Source: an uncultured Chloroflexia bacterium | GTDB lineage: Bacteria > Chloroflexota > Limnocylindria > Limnocylindrales > CSP1-4 | DNA length: 64,000 nucleotides | NCBI GenBank assembly: GCA_963780425.1 | Contig: CAWABZ010000015.1 | Span: forward strand, 147,816-211,815 | Reading direction: 5' to 3' | Notes under the pieces: generated by a model | The model's input: the letters and a program-made list of their open reading frames with translations, nothing else | Told to the model about the DNA's origin: nothing | Databases searched by the model: none | Position numbers and translations under genes: made by a program | In this document: one piece after another, positions 45,618 to 55,701 of the stretch | Numbering within the stretch: position 1 is the first letter of the stretch | Layout of the letters: each line of letters begins with the position of its first letter

Positions 45618-46349
45618 TCAACGGGCCGCTGCCAGCGTCACCAGGCTCAGGATGTACACGTGTGCGATCGATCCCCACACGATCGATCGCGTTCGCCATG
45701 CCAGCCAGCCATACGCAAGCCCGCCGCCGAGCGTCGACAGCAGCTCGAGGGCGGGCTTGCCCACATGGGCGAACGCGAACGGCATCACGGCGATGAGCAC
45801 CCCGATCGGGCCGATGGCCCGAACGAGAGTCAGCATCAGGAACCCGCGGAAAAGGAATTCGGCTGTCGTGAGATCGATGACGTTGGTGAGGACGATGTCC
45901 TGCGGCGGCGCGGCGCTGACCGCGTAGTAGGCGCGGACGTCCGGTAGGGTCGCGAACCACAGCACGACCGGGGTCATCAGGATGCAGCCGGCCAGGCTGA
46001 GAAACGCGCCGGCGCGTCCGTCCCCGAGCGTCCACCCGTAGCGCGCCGGCCGATCGCGGAAGCCGAGCAGGATCACCGCCAACGGCACGAGCGCGAACAG
46101 AACCACTCGTTCCAGCGCGATCGCGCGCAGGCCGTCCGGCGCACGCCCAAGCTGGACGACAGCTCCGGGTAGGAGCACCCGCGAGAAGTCGATCAGGAGG
46201 ACCAACGTCGTCAGTGTCACGACGATCGAGGCGCGCACCGGCAGCCGGAGGCCGACGAGGTCGGTCGTGCGGCGATCTTCATCGACGATCGGGTCGGTCG
46301 GTGGCGTGATCAGCCACGACCAGAGGATTTGGACGCGTGACGGGGCCAT
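45618..46349 (-). CDS. CPBP-family intramembrane protease (CAAX-protease-like)
   Basis: Start ATG 46349. Multi-TM protein with TAEFLFRGF, FAFAHV and GSIAHVYILS motifs. The upstream part of the track ORF (to 46853) does not look protein-like. Confidence 0.7.
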   Translation of the reverse strand: MAPSRVQILWSWLITPPTDPIVDEDRRTTDLVGLRLPVRASIVVTLTTLVLLIDFSRVLLPGAVVQLGRAPDGLRAIALERVVLFALVPLAVILLGFRDRPARYGWTLGDGRAGAFLSLAGCILMTPVVLWFATLPDVRAYYAVSAAPPQDIVLTNVIDLTTAEFLFRGFLMLTLVRAIGPIGVLIAVMPFAFAHVGKPALELLSTLGGGLAYGWLAWRTRSIVWGSIAHVYILSLVTLAAAR

Positions 46350-46448
46350 GCCGGAGAGGGTATCCGTGCGAAGACTTGTGATCCTCGGGGTCGCGATTGC
46401 AAGACGGCTGTAGCGCCCCGCCCCAGGCCCCCGGGTACGCTGCGCAGC

Positions 46449-46757
46449 ATGATCGTCCGGCTCGTGACGGCGACGGTGAGGACGGACCGTGCCGGCTCGT
46501 TCAACGCGCTGATGCGCGCCCAACTTCCCATCCTGCGCGAGCATCCCGGGCTCGTCTACGTCAAGCTGGCCCGTCGGATCTCGGGCGACGTCGAGGAGGT
46601 GCTGCTCTACGAGGAGTGGCGGAATACCGCCGCGCTCTACGGGTGGACCGGAGCCGAGATCGAGCGTCCCAAGCTCATCCCCGGCGCGGAGGAGCTTGTC
46701 ACGGACGTCTCGGTCGCCCATTACGAGGCGCTCGACATCGACCCGCCGTTCGATTGA
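46449..46757 (+). CDS. Small ABM/Dabb-like (antibiotic-biosynthesis-monooxygenase fold) protein
   Basis: 102 aa reading MIVRLVTATV...LLYEEWRNTAALYGW, which resembles ABM domains. Assignment is weak. Confidence 0.5.
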   Translation: MIVRLVTATVRTDRAGSFNALMRAQLPILREHPGLVYVKLARRISGDVEEVLLYEEWRNTAALYGWTGAEIERPKLIPGAEELVTDVSVAHYEALDIDPPFD

Positions 46758-46879
46758 CATCCTGGCGCTCAGGGAGGGTAGGGCCCCGGCGCAGCGGTGC
46801 ACCCGGGCAACGACCGGGTAGGACCGAGCCGGGGGAGTACCCTCTTGGGGCACGGCACCGGGGAGACGGAGGGACGCGA

Positions 46880-47305
46880 GTGACCGACGACCTGACCGAC
46901 GAGATGGCGATCCTGCGCGCGACCTCCGATCAGCTGATCCAGGCGATCGTCGAGACCGACGCGCGCGAGCGACGGAAGCGCGGCATGCGGCCGGCGGACC
47001 CGTCCTTCGTCGAATTCGCGCGATCCGTGAGGATCGCCGCCGAGGTCGTGCTCGAGCTGGCGCGCCAGGAGGAGCGGACCGCCGTCGAGATCGTCCGCGA
47101 GTCGACGACCGCCACGCTGCCGCCCATCGAGGCGATGCGTCCGGCCCGCGAGCTCGCCAGCATCCTCGAGGAGTGGCGGGCGATCGAGCAGAGGATGAAC
47201 ACCGCGGAGCCCGGTTCGGCGGAAGCCGAGTCGCTCATGATGGAGTTCGAACGGCTCCGCGACACCTACGCGCAGGCGCTCAAGGCGCGTCGAAGCGACG
47301 GCTGA
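46880..47305 (+). CDS. Hypothetical protein (141 aa, helical, charged)
   Basis: GTG 46880 preceded by GGAGACGGAGGGA. The upstream part of the track ORF is Arg/Gly-rich. Confidence 0.55.
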   Translation: MTDDLTDEMAILRATSDQLIQAIVETDARERRKRGMRPADPSFVEFARSVRIAAEVVLELARQEERTAVEIVRESTTATLPPIEAMRPARELASILEEWRAIEQRMNTAEPGSAEAESLMMEFERLRDTYAQALKARRSDG

Positions 47306-47404
47306 TCGGCCCCGCTCCTAGCGGAACGTCACGAACGCGTCGATGACTGTGGCCGGATGGTCGACCGTGCCGAGCACGCGAACCCTGATCGCGTGGGTGC
47401 GAAC

Positions 47405-48508
47405 TCAGCGGGACGCCTCATCCTGGATGTGCCCGAACGGACCGGGCACAGGCGTCCAGGCGCCCTCCCAGCCGTCCGGCTTGCGCGCCTGCCGGAGGCG
47501 AGACCACAGCGCCGGGTCGCCCTGGAGCATGTCGACGAAGAGCCGTGCCAGGTGCGGATCGAATTGCGTCCCCGCGTGGCGCTCGATCTCCTCGAGCGCC
47601 CGGTCGACGGGCCGGGCGGCCTGGTACGGCCGGCCGTGCGTGATGGCATCGAAGGCATCCGCCAGCCGCACGATCCGGGCCTCGAGCGGGATGCCATCGC
47701 CGGCGAATCCATCGGGGTAGCCGGACCCGTCGAAGTTCTCGTGGTGGGATCGCGCGATCCGGCGTGCGACCTCGAACCCGGCGCCCTGCGCCAGGATCTC
47801 GTCGCCCCACACCGGGTGGAGCCGCATGATCTCCCACTCGGCGTGGTCGAGTGGGCCCGGCTTGAGCAGGATCCGGTCCGGGACGTGGATCTTGCCGATG
47901 TCGTGCAGCATCGCGGACCAGCCGATGCCGGCGGCCGTCTCCGGTGCCAATCCCGTCGCGAGCGCCAGCTCGGTGGCGATCTCCTGGATGCGCACGACGT
48001 GGTCGCCCGTGTCGGTGTCCTTCGCCTCCGCACCGCGCGCGAGGGCGACCATCCCGTCGCGCTGTCGATCGACGACCTCGATGGTGACCGACCGCAGGTC
48101 GACCAAGTTGCTCCGCACCCGATCGAACAGGGCGCCCGTGGTCGCGCCGGCGATCACCAGGATCGCGCCGCGCAACGCGGATGCCTCGATGCTCTCGTGG
48201 CTGCCTGGCAGACCGAGCGCGGGTGCGACGGGCCCCAGCAGGACCCCGACATACAGCGCGCTCAGGAGGCCTCCGGGCAGGCCGAAGATGTACGCGCCAA
48301 GGAGCACCGGCAGAAAGCCGAGGTAGTTCAGGGGGTTCGGCGTCCCGCCGGTCACGCGGACCAGGAGGAGAACGGCCAGCCCGGCGAGCCCGATGACGGC
48401 CAGCCCGAGCAGTCGGATCGAGCGGAGTCTCGAGACGTCGACAGAGGCGAGGTCCGGCAGGCCCAGCGAGCGGCCGTTGCGCGCAAGCGTCGAGGGCGGG
48501 TAGGTCAT
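47405..48508 (-). CDS. Membrane-anchored HD-GYP domain phosphodiesterase (c-di-GMP type)
   Basis: Start ATG 48508. About 4 TM helices, then HD-GYP signatures MLHDIGKIHVPD and HHENFDGSGYPDG. Confidence 0.85.
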   Translation of the reverse strand: MTYPPSTLARNGRSLGLPDLASVDVSRLRSIRLLGLAVIGLAGLAVLLLVRVTGGTPNPLNYLGFLPVLLGAYIFGLPGGLLSALYVGVLLGPVAPALGLPGSHESIEASALRGAILVIAGATTGALFDRVRSNLVDLRSVTIEVVDRQRDGMVALARGAEAKDTDTGDHVVRIQEIATELALATGLAPETAAGIGWSAMLHDIGKIHVPDRILLKPGPLDHAEWEIMRLHPVWGDEILAQGAGFEVARRIARSHHENFDGSGYPDGFAGDGIPLEARIVRLADAFDAITHGRPYQAARPVDRALEEIERHAGTQFDPHLARLFVDMLQGDPALWSRLRQARKPDGWEGAWTPVPGPFGHIQDEASR

Positions 48509-48642
48509 GGTCGTCGCACTCCCGGGGAGGGGCAGCGTATCCGCCGCGGGCGCGCCGCGGAACGCGGCGATGGTCCTCGGAGACGCGGGTACTTGGGTCC
48601 ACCCGACGAGTCCGGGGATGCGCAACGACCTACACTCCGGCG

Positions 48643-49173
48643 ATGGATGACACCCCCGCCGAGACCGTGCTACGGGCCTTGCGGCGCACGCGGCAGGTGC
48701 GACGGTTCACCGACGAGCCGGTCGACGAGGCGGCGATCCGGGCCATCCTCGAGGTCGCTCGCTGGACCGGCAGCTCGGAGAACCGTCAGCCGTGGACGTT
48801 CATCGTGATCCGCGACCGGGGTGTTCAGCGGCGAATCGCGGAGCTCGCCCCCTATGCGCAGCACGTCGCCAAGGCTCCGATCGCGATCGCCATCGTGATG
48901 AACGGCGAACATCCCGACGAGGACACCTACGATGAGGGCCGAGCGGCCGAGCGGATCCTGATCGCGGCGAGTGCACTCGGTCTCGGTGGCGGCATCGGCT
49001 GGGCCGACAGCGCTGCTGAACAGGCCGAAGTCGGAGCTTTGCTGGATGTCGCGCCGCCGGCCTGGGTTCGGACCATCGTCGCGATCGGACACCCGACGGA
49101 CGAGGCTCGACGGCCTCGGACCGGTCCCGGGACCGGACGACGACCGCTTGCGGAGCTCGTTCGCGAACGCTGA
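48643..49173 (+). CDS. Nitroreductase-family protein
   Basis: RRTRQVRRFTDEPVDEAAIRAILEVARWTGSSENRQPWTFIVI. Confidence 0.8.
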   Translation: MDDTPAETVLRALRRTRQVRRFTDEPVDEAAIRAILEVARWTGSSENRQPWTFIVIRDRGVQRRIAELAPYAQHVAKAPIAIAIVMNGEHPDEDTYDEGRAAERILIAASALGLGGGIGWADSAAEQAEVGALLDVAPPAWVRTIVAIGHPTDEARRPRTGPGTGRRPLAELVRER

Positions 49174-49268
49174 CCAAAGCGAACTGGGGTCAGGCGTGCC
49201 CACCAGCCGGGCGGGAGACCGTCACGAATTCCTAGACCCGTACCTCGTTGTCGCGTTCGCTCGGGTGA

Positions 49269-49511
49269 TCAAGCCGGCGAGTGAACGGTCACCTGGGACA
49301 GGTCGGGGTCATCCCACCAGGAACCGGAGAGCGACGATCCCCACGCGCCGTCCCGATACACGTACCACGCCGGGGCCTCTCCCGAGATCGTGCGCTCCCG
49401 CACCACGACGCGCGGGAATATGCGCCGCCCGTACACGTGGTCGCCAAATGCTGCGTCGGAGCTCGGGATCGTGATCAGAGCGGGCGTGATCGGCCCCCGG
49501 CTCATGGACAT
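49269..49511 (-). CDS. Hypothetical protein (80 aa)
   Basis: Ordinary amino-acid composition (Trp/Tyr-containing, not Arg/Pro-biased). No family recognised. Confidence 0.4.
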   Translation of the reverse strand: MSMSRGPITPALITIPSSDAAFGDHVYGRRIFPRVVVRERTISGEAPAWYVYRDGAWGSSLSGSWWDDPDLSQVTVHSPA

Positions 49512-49994
49512 GCGCGCGAATCACATCAATCCTCCGCATCGCGTCGCTCGTCGCGGTCGTCATGGCGGCTTGCCGAAACCGACGTTAGTGGTCCGGTACG
49601 ACGGCGCGCAGTATCAAAGAGGGCCCGGGGCTTGCAGCGGCGCAACAGCCCAAGATTCGCGCCCGTGACTCGTCGACCGACGACTTCGCTCTAGTGCGGA
49701 TGCCATTTGGCTCGCCACGAGATGGAGCCGCCGTTCCCGCGATAGGGCGTCGTGAGGCGCGCAAGGTCGCAGCAACTGGGTGTCACCCGCGCGGCAGGGC
49801 GGGCGCCCACGGCCGCCTTAGCCCTCTTTAGCGGGCCTCAGCGGCTCGACTAGCCCGCTGTTCGCCGCCTACTTGATGGCACAGAGCGCGTCAGGCACGA
49901 CGCCGTGGCGGTTACGAGCCAAGGATGCCCGGCCGCGCACGCCTAACGTTTAGTTGTCGACGGACTCGCGCTCACCACGCCGACTGCGTATCGT

Positions 49995-50306
49995 GTGGGC
50001 ATGGTCATCGCCGTCCTGACCGTGCTCGTCGTGTGCGTCGCGCTGATCGTGGCGAAGATCGTTCCAGTGCTGGCCGGGGTCGCGCTGATGGTCATCGGCT
50101 TGATCGTCGTCGTGGCGATGGCCGAGCGACGCGATCGCACGCGTCAGCTCGGCATCCATGATCCGTCGGCACGGCTCGATGCGAATCGGGCGTCGATCCC
50201 GGCCAGCCTCGAGTTGGCGCCCGGGGACCAGCTCGACACATACGCTGATACGCATGTCGCGGCGACGCTCTCGAACCGTACCGGGTCGCGGCCGCCCTCG
50301 GACTGA
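49995..50306 (+). CDS. Hypothetical small membrane protein
   Basis: Two hydrophobic helices (VIAVLTVLVVCVALIVAKIV, LAGVALMVIGLIVVVAMA) followed by a polar tail. Confidence 0.45.
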   Translation: MGMVIAVLTVLVVCVALIVAKIVPVLAGVALMVIGLIVVVAMAERRDRTRQLGIHDPSARLDANRASIPASLELAPGDQLDTYADTHVAATLSNRTGSRPPSD

Positions 50307-50534
50307 TAACGGCCGCTAGGGACGACTGACGGAAGCCAGTGTGTCGCATTGAGCACGAAATGGGCTTGTGGCCCGCCCGGAGGGCCGCGGGCGCGCAGCG
50401 ACGACAGCAACGCGACGCCCACGCCCTACGCCGCGTCAACATGGCATCGTCACGTTCGACCTCCTCGCCGCTGGACGCCAGCTGGCAGGTCGGGCATCTT
50501 CCAGCGAAGCGCCGAGAGCCGACTGGAGGACCGC

Positions 50535-52016
50535 GTGAGCCCTGACCGTGCCGACGTCGTGATCGTGGGCGGCGGTGCCGCCGGTTGCGTCCTGGCGCGC
50601 CGGCTCGCCGAGGGCAGTCGGTCCGTGCTCCTGCTCGAGGCCGGGCCGGATCTGGGCGACCGCGCCGGCCCGACTCTCCTCGATGGGTGGCGGAATCCGA
50701 CGGGGCCCGACTGGACGAGCGACTGGGGCTATGAATCCGAGCCCGGTGCCGATGGCAACCCGGCGAAGCTCCGACGGGGGAAGCTTCTCGGAGGAACGTC
50801 CTGGCTGACGCGGTTCGCGGTGCGAGGTCATCCAGCCGACTTTGATGCGTGGGCCGATCGCGGCAACCCGGGCTGGAGTTTCGCGGAGGTCCTCCCGACC
50901 TTCCGGCGACTCGAGGCCGACGCCGACTTCGGCGATGAGCCGTGGCACGGAAATGTCGGGCCGATGACGATCAGCCGCTATGGCACGCAGCGCCGGTCGG
51001 CGATCCACGAAGCGGCCGTCGAGGCGCTCCGTGGTCTCGGCTTCCCGACCATCGAAGATCACAACGCGCCCGGGGCCGTCGGCGCGGGCCCCATGCCGAT
51101 GAGCACCCGCGACGGCCGCCGCCTCACGACGCTCCAGGCATATCTGCAGCGTGCTGCACCGCCGGCGTCCCTCAGGATCGAGCCAGAAAGGCAGGTCGAC
51201 AAGGTCCTTGTCGATGGTGGCCGCGCACTCGGCGTCCGGCTCGTCGACGGGACGGAGGTCGCGGCGGCGTCGGTGATCCTGAGCGCAGGGACGTATGGCA
51301 GCCCGCCGCTCCTGATGCGATCGGGTGTCGGGCCCGCGGCGCACCTCCGAGAGATGGGGATCGATGTCCTTGTCGACCTGGAAGGTGTCGGCGAGAATCT
51401 GGCGGATCATCCGGGTGTTGATCTCGACGCCGGATTCGGCGGTGACGGCGAGTGCGAGGCGTTGCGTCACACGATCGCGACATACCGGAGCAGGAGCCAG
51501 CCCGCAGACAGGCCGCCCGACCTCATGTTCTGGGTCCACGAGCCGTCGGAGGTCGATGGGCGGCTATACCTCGACCCGATCCTCCTCAAGCCGGACTCAC
51601 GCGGGTCCCTCCGCCTGCGCTCGGCGGATCCGCTCGACCCGCCGCGGATCAACTTGCCCGGCCTTCGCGCCGAGCGTGACGTCGAGCGTCTGATGGAGGG
51701 CTACGAGCTGGGCCTCGCGATCGCCAACCACCCTGCGATCCGAGCGCTCGCGGAGGAATCAGCTCCCGCGATCCCATCTAGTCCAGCCGAGCTGCGCGAA
51801 TGCGTGGTCACCAATGCGTACTCCATCCCGCACGTCGTCGGGACATGCCGGATGGGTCCGTCGCCCGACGCCGGCGATGTCGTCGACGCTGCTGGACGCG
51901 TCTACGGCGTGGACGGACTCAGGGTCATCGACGCGTCGGTCATCCCTGACGCGCCCTCAGGCTTCCCGCACCTCGTCACGATCATGGTGGCGGAACACCT
52001 GACCCAAGGCATGTAG
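50535..52016 (+). CDS. GMC-family FAD oxidoreductase (choline-dehydrogenase-like)
   Basis: GTG 50535 preceded by GGAGGA. DVVIVGGGAAGCVLARRLAE, GKLLGGTSWL and C-terminal HVVGTCRMG. Confidence 0.85.
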   Translation: MSPDRADVVIVGGGAAGCVLARRLAEGSRSVLLLEAGPDLGDRAGPTLLDGWRNPTGPDWTSDWGYESEPGADGNPAKLRRGKLLGGTSWLTRFAVRGHPADFDAWADRGNPGWSFAEVLPTFRRLEADADFGDEPWHGNVGPMTISRYGTQRRSAIHEAAVEALRGLGFPTIEDHNAPGAVGAGPMPMSTRDGRRLTTLQAYLQRAAPPASLRIEPERQVDKVLVDGGRALGVRLVDGTEVAAASVILSAGTYGSPPLLMRSGVGPAAHLREMGIDVLVDLEGVGENLADHPGVDLDAGFGGDGECEALRHTIATYRSRSQPADRPPDLMFWVHEPSEVDGRLYLDPILLKPDSRGSLRLRSADPLDPPRINLPGLRAERDVERLMEGYELGLAIANHPAIRALAEESAPAIPSSPAELRECVVTNAYSIPHVVGTCRMGPSPDAGDVVDAAGRVYGVDGLRVIDASVIPDAPSGFPHLVTIMVAEHLTQGM

Positions 52017-52111
52017 GCCGCCGGCATGGCCGGCCGATCGCCCCTGACGCGCGCGGAAGCATTCTGGCAAAGTCAATCTAACGACCTGTTCGATCTCCGC
52101 GGGGTGTAGTC

Positions 52112-52507
52112 GTGGCCCAGTTGCCCCTCGAGCTGATTCTGGTTCGCCAACTGGCCTACGGCCTGGCGGTCCCGACCTTCGTGGTCGATGCGACGGGCGA
52201 CCTGGTCTTCGTCAACGAAGCTGCGGAAGCCCTGCTCGGCCTCGATTTCGAGGATGTAGGCCAAGTGTCATTTGCGGACTGGACAACGGCCTTTGCGTCA
52301 CGCACCAAGGGCCGCCAACGGGCCGACCCGGCGACCCACCCTCTTGCCGTCGCCATTCGCCAACGTACGCCGGTACACGGACCGTTGCGGATCGTGGGCC
52401 GAGACGGCGTTCTTCGTTCGCTCGTGGTGACCGCTCTCCCACTGGAGGGCTCTGGCGGTCAGCTCCTCGGTGGCCTCGCGATGTTCTGGGAGCCGCCGAG
52501 CCGATGA
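52112..52507 (+). CDS. Stand-alone PAS-domain protein
   Basis: 131 aa reading VPTFVVDATGDLVFVNEAAEALLG. Its stop overlaps the MBL gene start (ATGA). Confidence 0.6.
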   Translation: MAQLPLELILVRQLAYGLAVPTFVVDATGDLVFVNEAAEALLGLDFEDVGQVSFADWTTAFASRTKGRQRADPATHPLAVAIRQRTPVHGPLRIVGRDGVLRSLVVTALPLEGSGGQLLGGLAMFWEPPSR

Positions 52508-53355
52508 TCGTCCGCCTGTGGGGGACCCGCGGGTCGCTCGCCAGCTCCGGCCCGGAAACGGCGGGTTACGGAGGCAACACCGCTTCAGTCGAGATCGTGA
52601 ACACCGATGGCAGCATTCTCGCGCTCGATGCCGGGACCGGCATCCGTCGGCTCGGAGCCGCCATTGACCCATCCGTCGAGCGGCTGGATATCCTCCTGAC
52701 CCACCTCCACATGGACCACATCCAGGGCCTCGGCTTCTTTGCCCCGTTCTTTCGGCCTACCGGCGAGATCCATGTTTGGGGCCCTGCCTCCGCGACGATG
52801 GATCTGCGGACGCGCCTCAGTCGCTACCTCTCGCCGCCGCTCTTCCCCGTCCGGCTCCGCGACCTCGACGCTCGAGTCGTGCTACATGACGCGCCCGATG
52901 AGCCGGTAAACATCGGCGGCTTCGAGGTCGTTGCCCAGCACGTCATCCATCCAGGACCCACGGTCGGTTACCGGATCTCCGGCGACGGGGCGAGCGTGGC
53001 CTACCTGCCGGACCATGAGCCGGCGCTCGGTGCGCGACACTTTCCCGATGAGCCCCGCTGGACGTCCGGCTTCGATCTTGCCGCAGGCGTCGATCTCCTC
53101 ATCCACGACGGTCAATACTCGGATGACGAGCGCGCCGGGCGGATCGGCTGGGGTCACAGCTCGGTCAGCGAGGCAGTCACCTTCGCGGAGTTAGCGTCGG
53201 TTCGCCGACTCATCCTCTTCCACCACGACCCATCCCATAGCGATGCCGTGCTCGACGAACTGACCGAGGCGGCGCGCGCGCGGGGGACCTCGATCGAAGT
53301 TGTCGCTGGGCGCGAGGGCGCTCGGTACGATCTAGGAACCGGCGTCCACGCCTAG
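52504..53355 (+). CDS. MBL-fold metallo-hydrolase
   Basis: RLWGTRGS, LLTHLHMDHIQG (HxHxDH) and LFHHDP. Confidence 0.8.
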   Translation: MIVRLWGTRGSLASSGPETAGYGGNTASVEIVNTDGSILALDAGTGIRRLGAAIDPSVERLDILLTHLHMDHIQGLGFFAPFFRPTGEIHVWGPASATMDLRTRLSRYLSPPLFPVRLRDLDARVVLHDAPDEPVNIGGFEVVAQHVIHPGPTVGYRISGDGASVAYLPDHEPALGARHFPDEPRWTSGFDLAAGVDLLIHDGQYSDDERAGRIGWGHSSVSEAVTFAELASVRRLILFHHDPSHSDAVLDELTEAARARGTSIEVVAGREGARYDLGTGVHA

Positions 53356-53541
53356 CCGGTCGCGCTGTCGCTGCCGCATCGATTCTGCGAGGGGGCCCGT
53401 TGACTTGAGCTGGCCGCCAACAGCGCCAGGTCTATGTGGGCTGGAGTCGTTGAGACGCTCGAGCTCGCGCGTGGCTACGCCGCTGCGGTCCTAGCCGACC
53501 AGCCTGGATAGAGCCCGGAGGGCCTGTTTCGTCCGTGGATC

Positions 53542-53592
53542 GATGGCCCGCCCGGAGGGATTCGAACCCCCGACCTACTGATCCGAAGTCAG
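53542..53592 (-). repeat. Orphan copy of the 3' 49 nt of tRNA-Arg(UCG) plus 2 nt of flank (att-type direct repeat)
   Basis: The 51 nt gatggcccgcccggagggattcgaacccccgacctactgatccgaagtcag are identical to 58698..58748. Confidence 0.9.
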
Positions 53593-53727
53593 ACCGGAGG
53601 CCCGCACGGACCGCCAATCTGAACGTACAGGGCGTCCATTCGGGTCCGTGGCATACCCCTCCGTAGGACCCTGTCGGGGGTACGGGCGGGGGTACGAGGA
53701 GGCCCGGTCGGCCCGGACGAGCACGAG

Positions 53728-53985
53728 CTACAACCGACTAATCGTGCCCACGATGATGTCCGGGACCATCCGTGCCCGAGTCGCGATAGCAGTGCGAGCT
53801 GACATGGTGGGGTTGCGCGCCCGCCATATTCGGTACCCGGCGAGCGCCGTCAATGGCCAAGACACGATGACCCACGGCAAGGCGAGGCCCGGGTTGAATG
53901 GAAGCACCATCGCCGAGAACACGGCCGGGAGGCCGGCGAGCAGGAACACGACACCCCAGCCCCGATCCGTGCTGGGTCTGGTCAT
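53728..53985 (-). CDS. Hypothetical small membrane protein (85 aa)
   Basis: Start ATG 53985 (MTRPSTDRGWGVVFLLAGLPAVFSAMVL...). Three hydrophobic segments. The upstream part of the track ORF does not look protein-like. Confidence 0.4.
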   Translation of the reverse strand: MTRPSTDRGWGVVFLLAGLPAVFSAMVLPFNPGLALPWVIVSWPLTALAGYRIWRARNPTMSARTAIATRARMVPDIIVGTISRL

Positions 53986-54457
53986 GGCCGATTGTCCTGG
54001 TCCGCCATGGTCGTGTGATGCTAGCGGCCGACCGTCAATCGGCCCGGTCGGCCCGGACCGATTGGCCCCCGCGGCGGGATCGCGGGTCCGGGACCAGAGC
54101 CGAGGTCGTGACATCGTTGGGCCATCGCGGCTCGAGTCGCCGTCGACGCCCTCGATCCCATCAGGGTTCCCGTGCGACGTGTGAGAACAGGTGGAAGCCC
54201 TGAGTTCCGAGCGAGTCGATCCGACCGTGTGCGGGGGTCCTCGCCGATAAACGTCCCGACCGCGTCGACCGTCCAAACCGGTCCGCCGTCGTTGCTCATG
54301 CCGAGCTGCGGGTTAGATCCGTCGAAGTACCGGGCTTCATCGTCCGGGGGCTCTGTCAGCGGGCCGACCTCGACGGTAGTCGGATCGAACGGTTCCGCCT
54401 CGCCCTGCGCGGCGGCCCGGTCGATCAGTATGCGACCGATCGATCCGGTGGCGGCGG

Positions 54458-55378
54458 CTATCGAGCGAACGCGTCGAACGGGTTGCGCTGGGTCAGGCGC
54501 GCGATCTCAGCTTCGTCGAGCCCCGCGTGACGCAGCCGAGGCAGGAATCGTTCGATCAGATAGGCGTACGGCCTGGGCGTCCCACCACCGGGCTGGGCCG
54601 GATCGTATGCGCCTCGGTCCTGACTCAACAAGAGCCGACCGCCAAGCCCGGCGCCGAGAGCATCCACAATTCGCTCCACGAAAAAGGTATCGTCGAAGTC
54701 GCTGCTGCCGATCGCGTCGTACTCGATCCAGGCGCCGCGCCGAGCAACCTCCAAGTGGAGGCTAGAGCTCGGTTCGGCCTGTGTGTGGATCCATATGAAG
54801 CGGTCGGCCGTCAAACCTGCCGCCTCGATGATGTCGAGTTGATCGCGAACCACGCGGCCGCGGATCGTATGGCTGCCGACGACGCTGCCGGTGACCTTCG
54901 CGGCTCTTGCGGCCGCTCGCAGGATCTTCGTCTCGCACACAGTCAGCCCATCATCGCCGGCGCTGAGCTTGATCCAGCCCGCTTGCACGCCTGTGCCCGC
55001 GATCTCGTCGCTGAGCTCGTTCAGCATCCATTCGTATAGGGCGTCCTCACTGGCATCATGGGCCCACGCGGGGACCCAAGGCTCGCGATAGATCCCGGTC
55101 GGGACAACCAGCGGGAACCCAGTCGAAGCCGAAACAGCTTGATCGATATCGGCCCGGCGCCCGACGCCGACCGTGCTGCACTCGACGATTGCCGTGACAC
55201 CAGCCGCCCGGGCGCGCTCGATCTCGGGAGTCATGAGCGCGACCACTGCCGCGGGATCGGCCTCCCCATAGCCCGGCTGGTCCCATCTCCGCAAGTCGAC
55301 AAAGACATGTTCGTGCGGCAGCATCGTGCCAAGCTCATCGGCACGCTTCGGTCCCAGCGTCGTCATGATGCGACTCAC
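54458..55378 (-). CDS. Phosphotriesterase-family protein (PTE/PHP-type, lactonase-like)
   Basis: LPHEHVFVDL, AGWIKLSA (carbamylated-Lys position), VGSHT, WIHTQ and LLLSQDRG, with a C-terminus like that of E. coli Php. Confidence 0.85.
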   Translation of the reverse strand: MSRIMTTLGPKRADELGTMLPHEHVFVDLRRWDQPGYGEADPAAVVALMTPEIERARAAGVTAIVECSTVGVGRRADIDQAVSASTGFPLVVPTGIYREPWVPAWAHDASEDALYEWMLNELSDEIAGTGVQAGWIKLSAGDDGLTVCETKILRAAARAAKVTGSVVGSHTIRGRVVRDQLDIIEAAGLTADRFIWIHTQAEPSSSLHLEVARRGAWIEYDAIGSSDFDDTFFVERIVDALGAGLGGRLLLSQDRGAYDPAQPGGGTPRPYAYLIERFLPRLRHAGLDEAEIARLTQRNPFDAFAR

Positions 55379-55701
55379 CGCGAAGAGCCTAGCTAGTCAT
55401 CGTCAGGATGAGCATTGGCGCCGATGCGATACCAGGGGATCGAGAGCCGTGTGGCCATCGTCACCGGCGCGAACGATGGCATCGGGGCGGCGACCGCCAG
55501 GGCGTTGGCGGGCGGTGGCGCCCTCGCCCTGGTGAGCTACCTGCGAGTCGAGGACCCGGACGGGCGTCACCGAGCCGACGGCCGACGCCTGGATGGCTAA
55601 ATGGCGGGGAAGCGAGACCGACAACCAGATGCGCGGCGCGGGCGGTCGGCGGTCGCATCGGCGTGATGGTCGCTTACCCGGTCCGGACCTGGGCCTCCCG
55701 G

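Noticed and set aside
54021-54457. A minus-strand frame downstream of the PTE gene reads SIGRILIDRAAAQGEAEPFDPTTVEVGPLTEPPDDEARYFDGSNPQLGMSNDGGPVWTVDAVGTF... (this includes track ORF 54021..54299).
   Set aside because: The first half looks protein-like, but no in-frame start codon occurs before 54299, the second half degenerates to Pro/Gly/Arg, and I recognise no family. It may be another gene remnant in the island, but I cannot support it as a feature.
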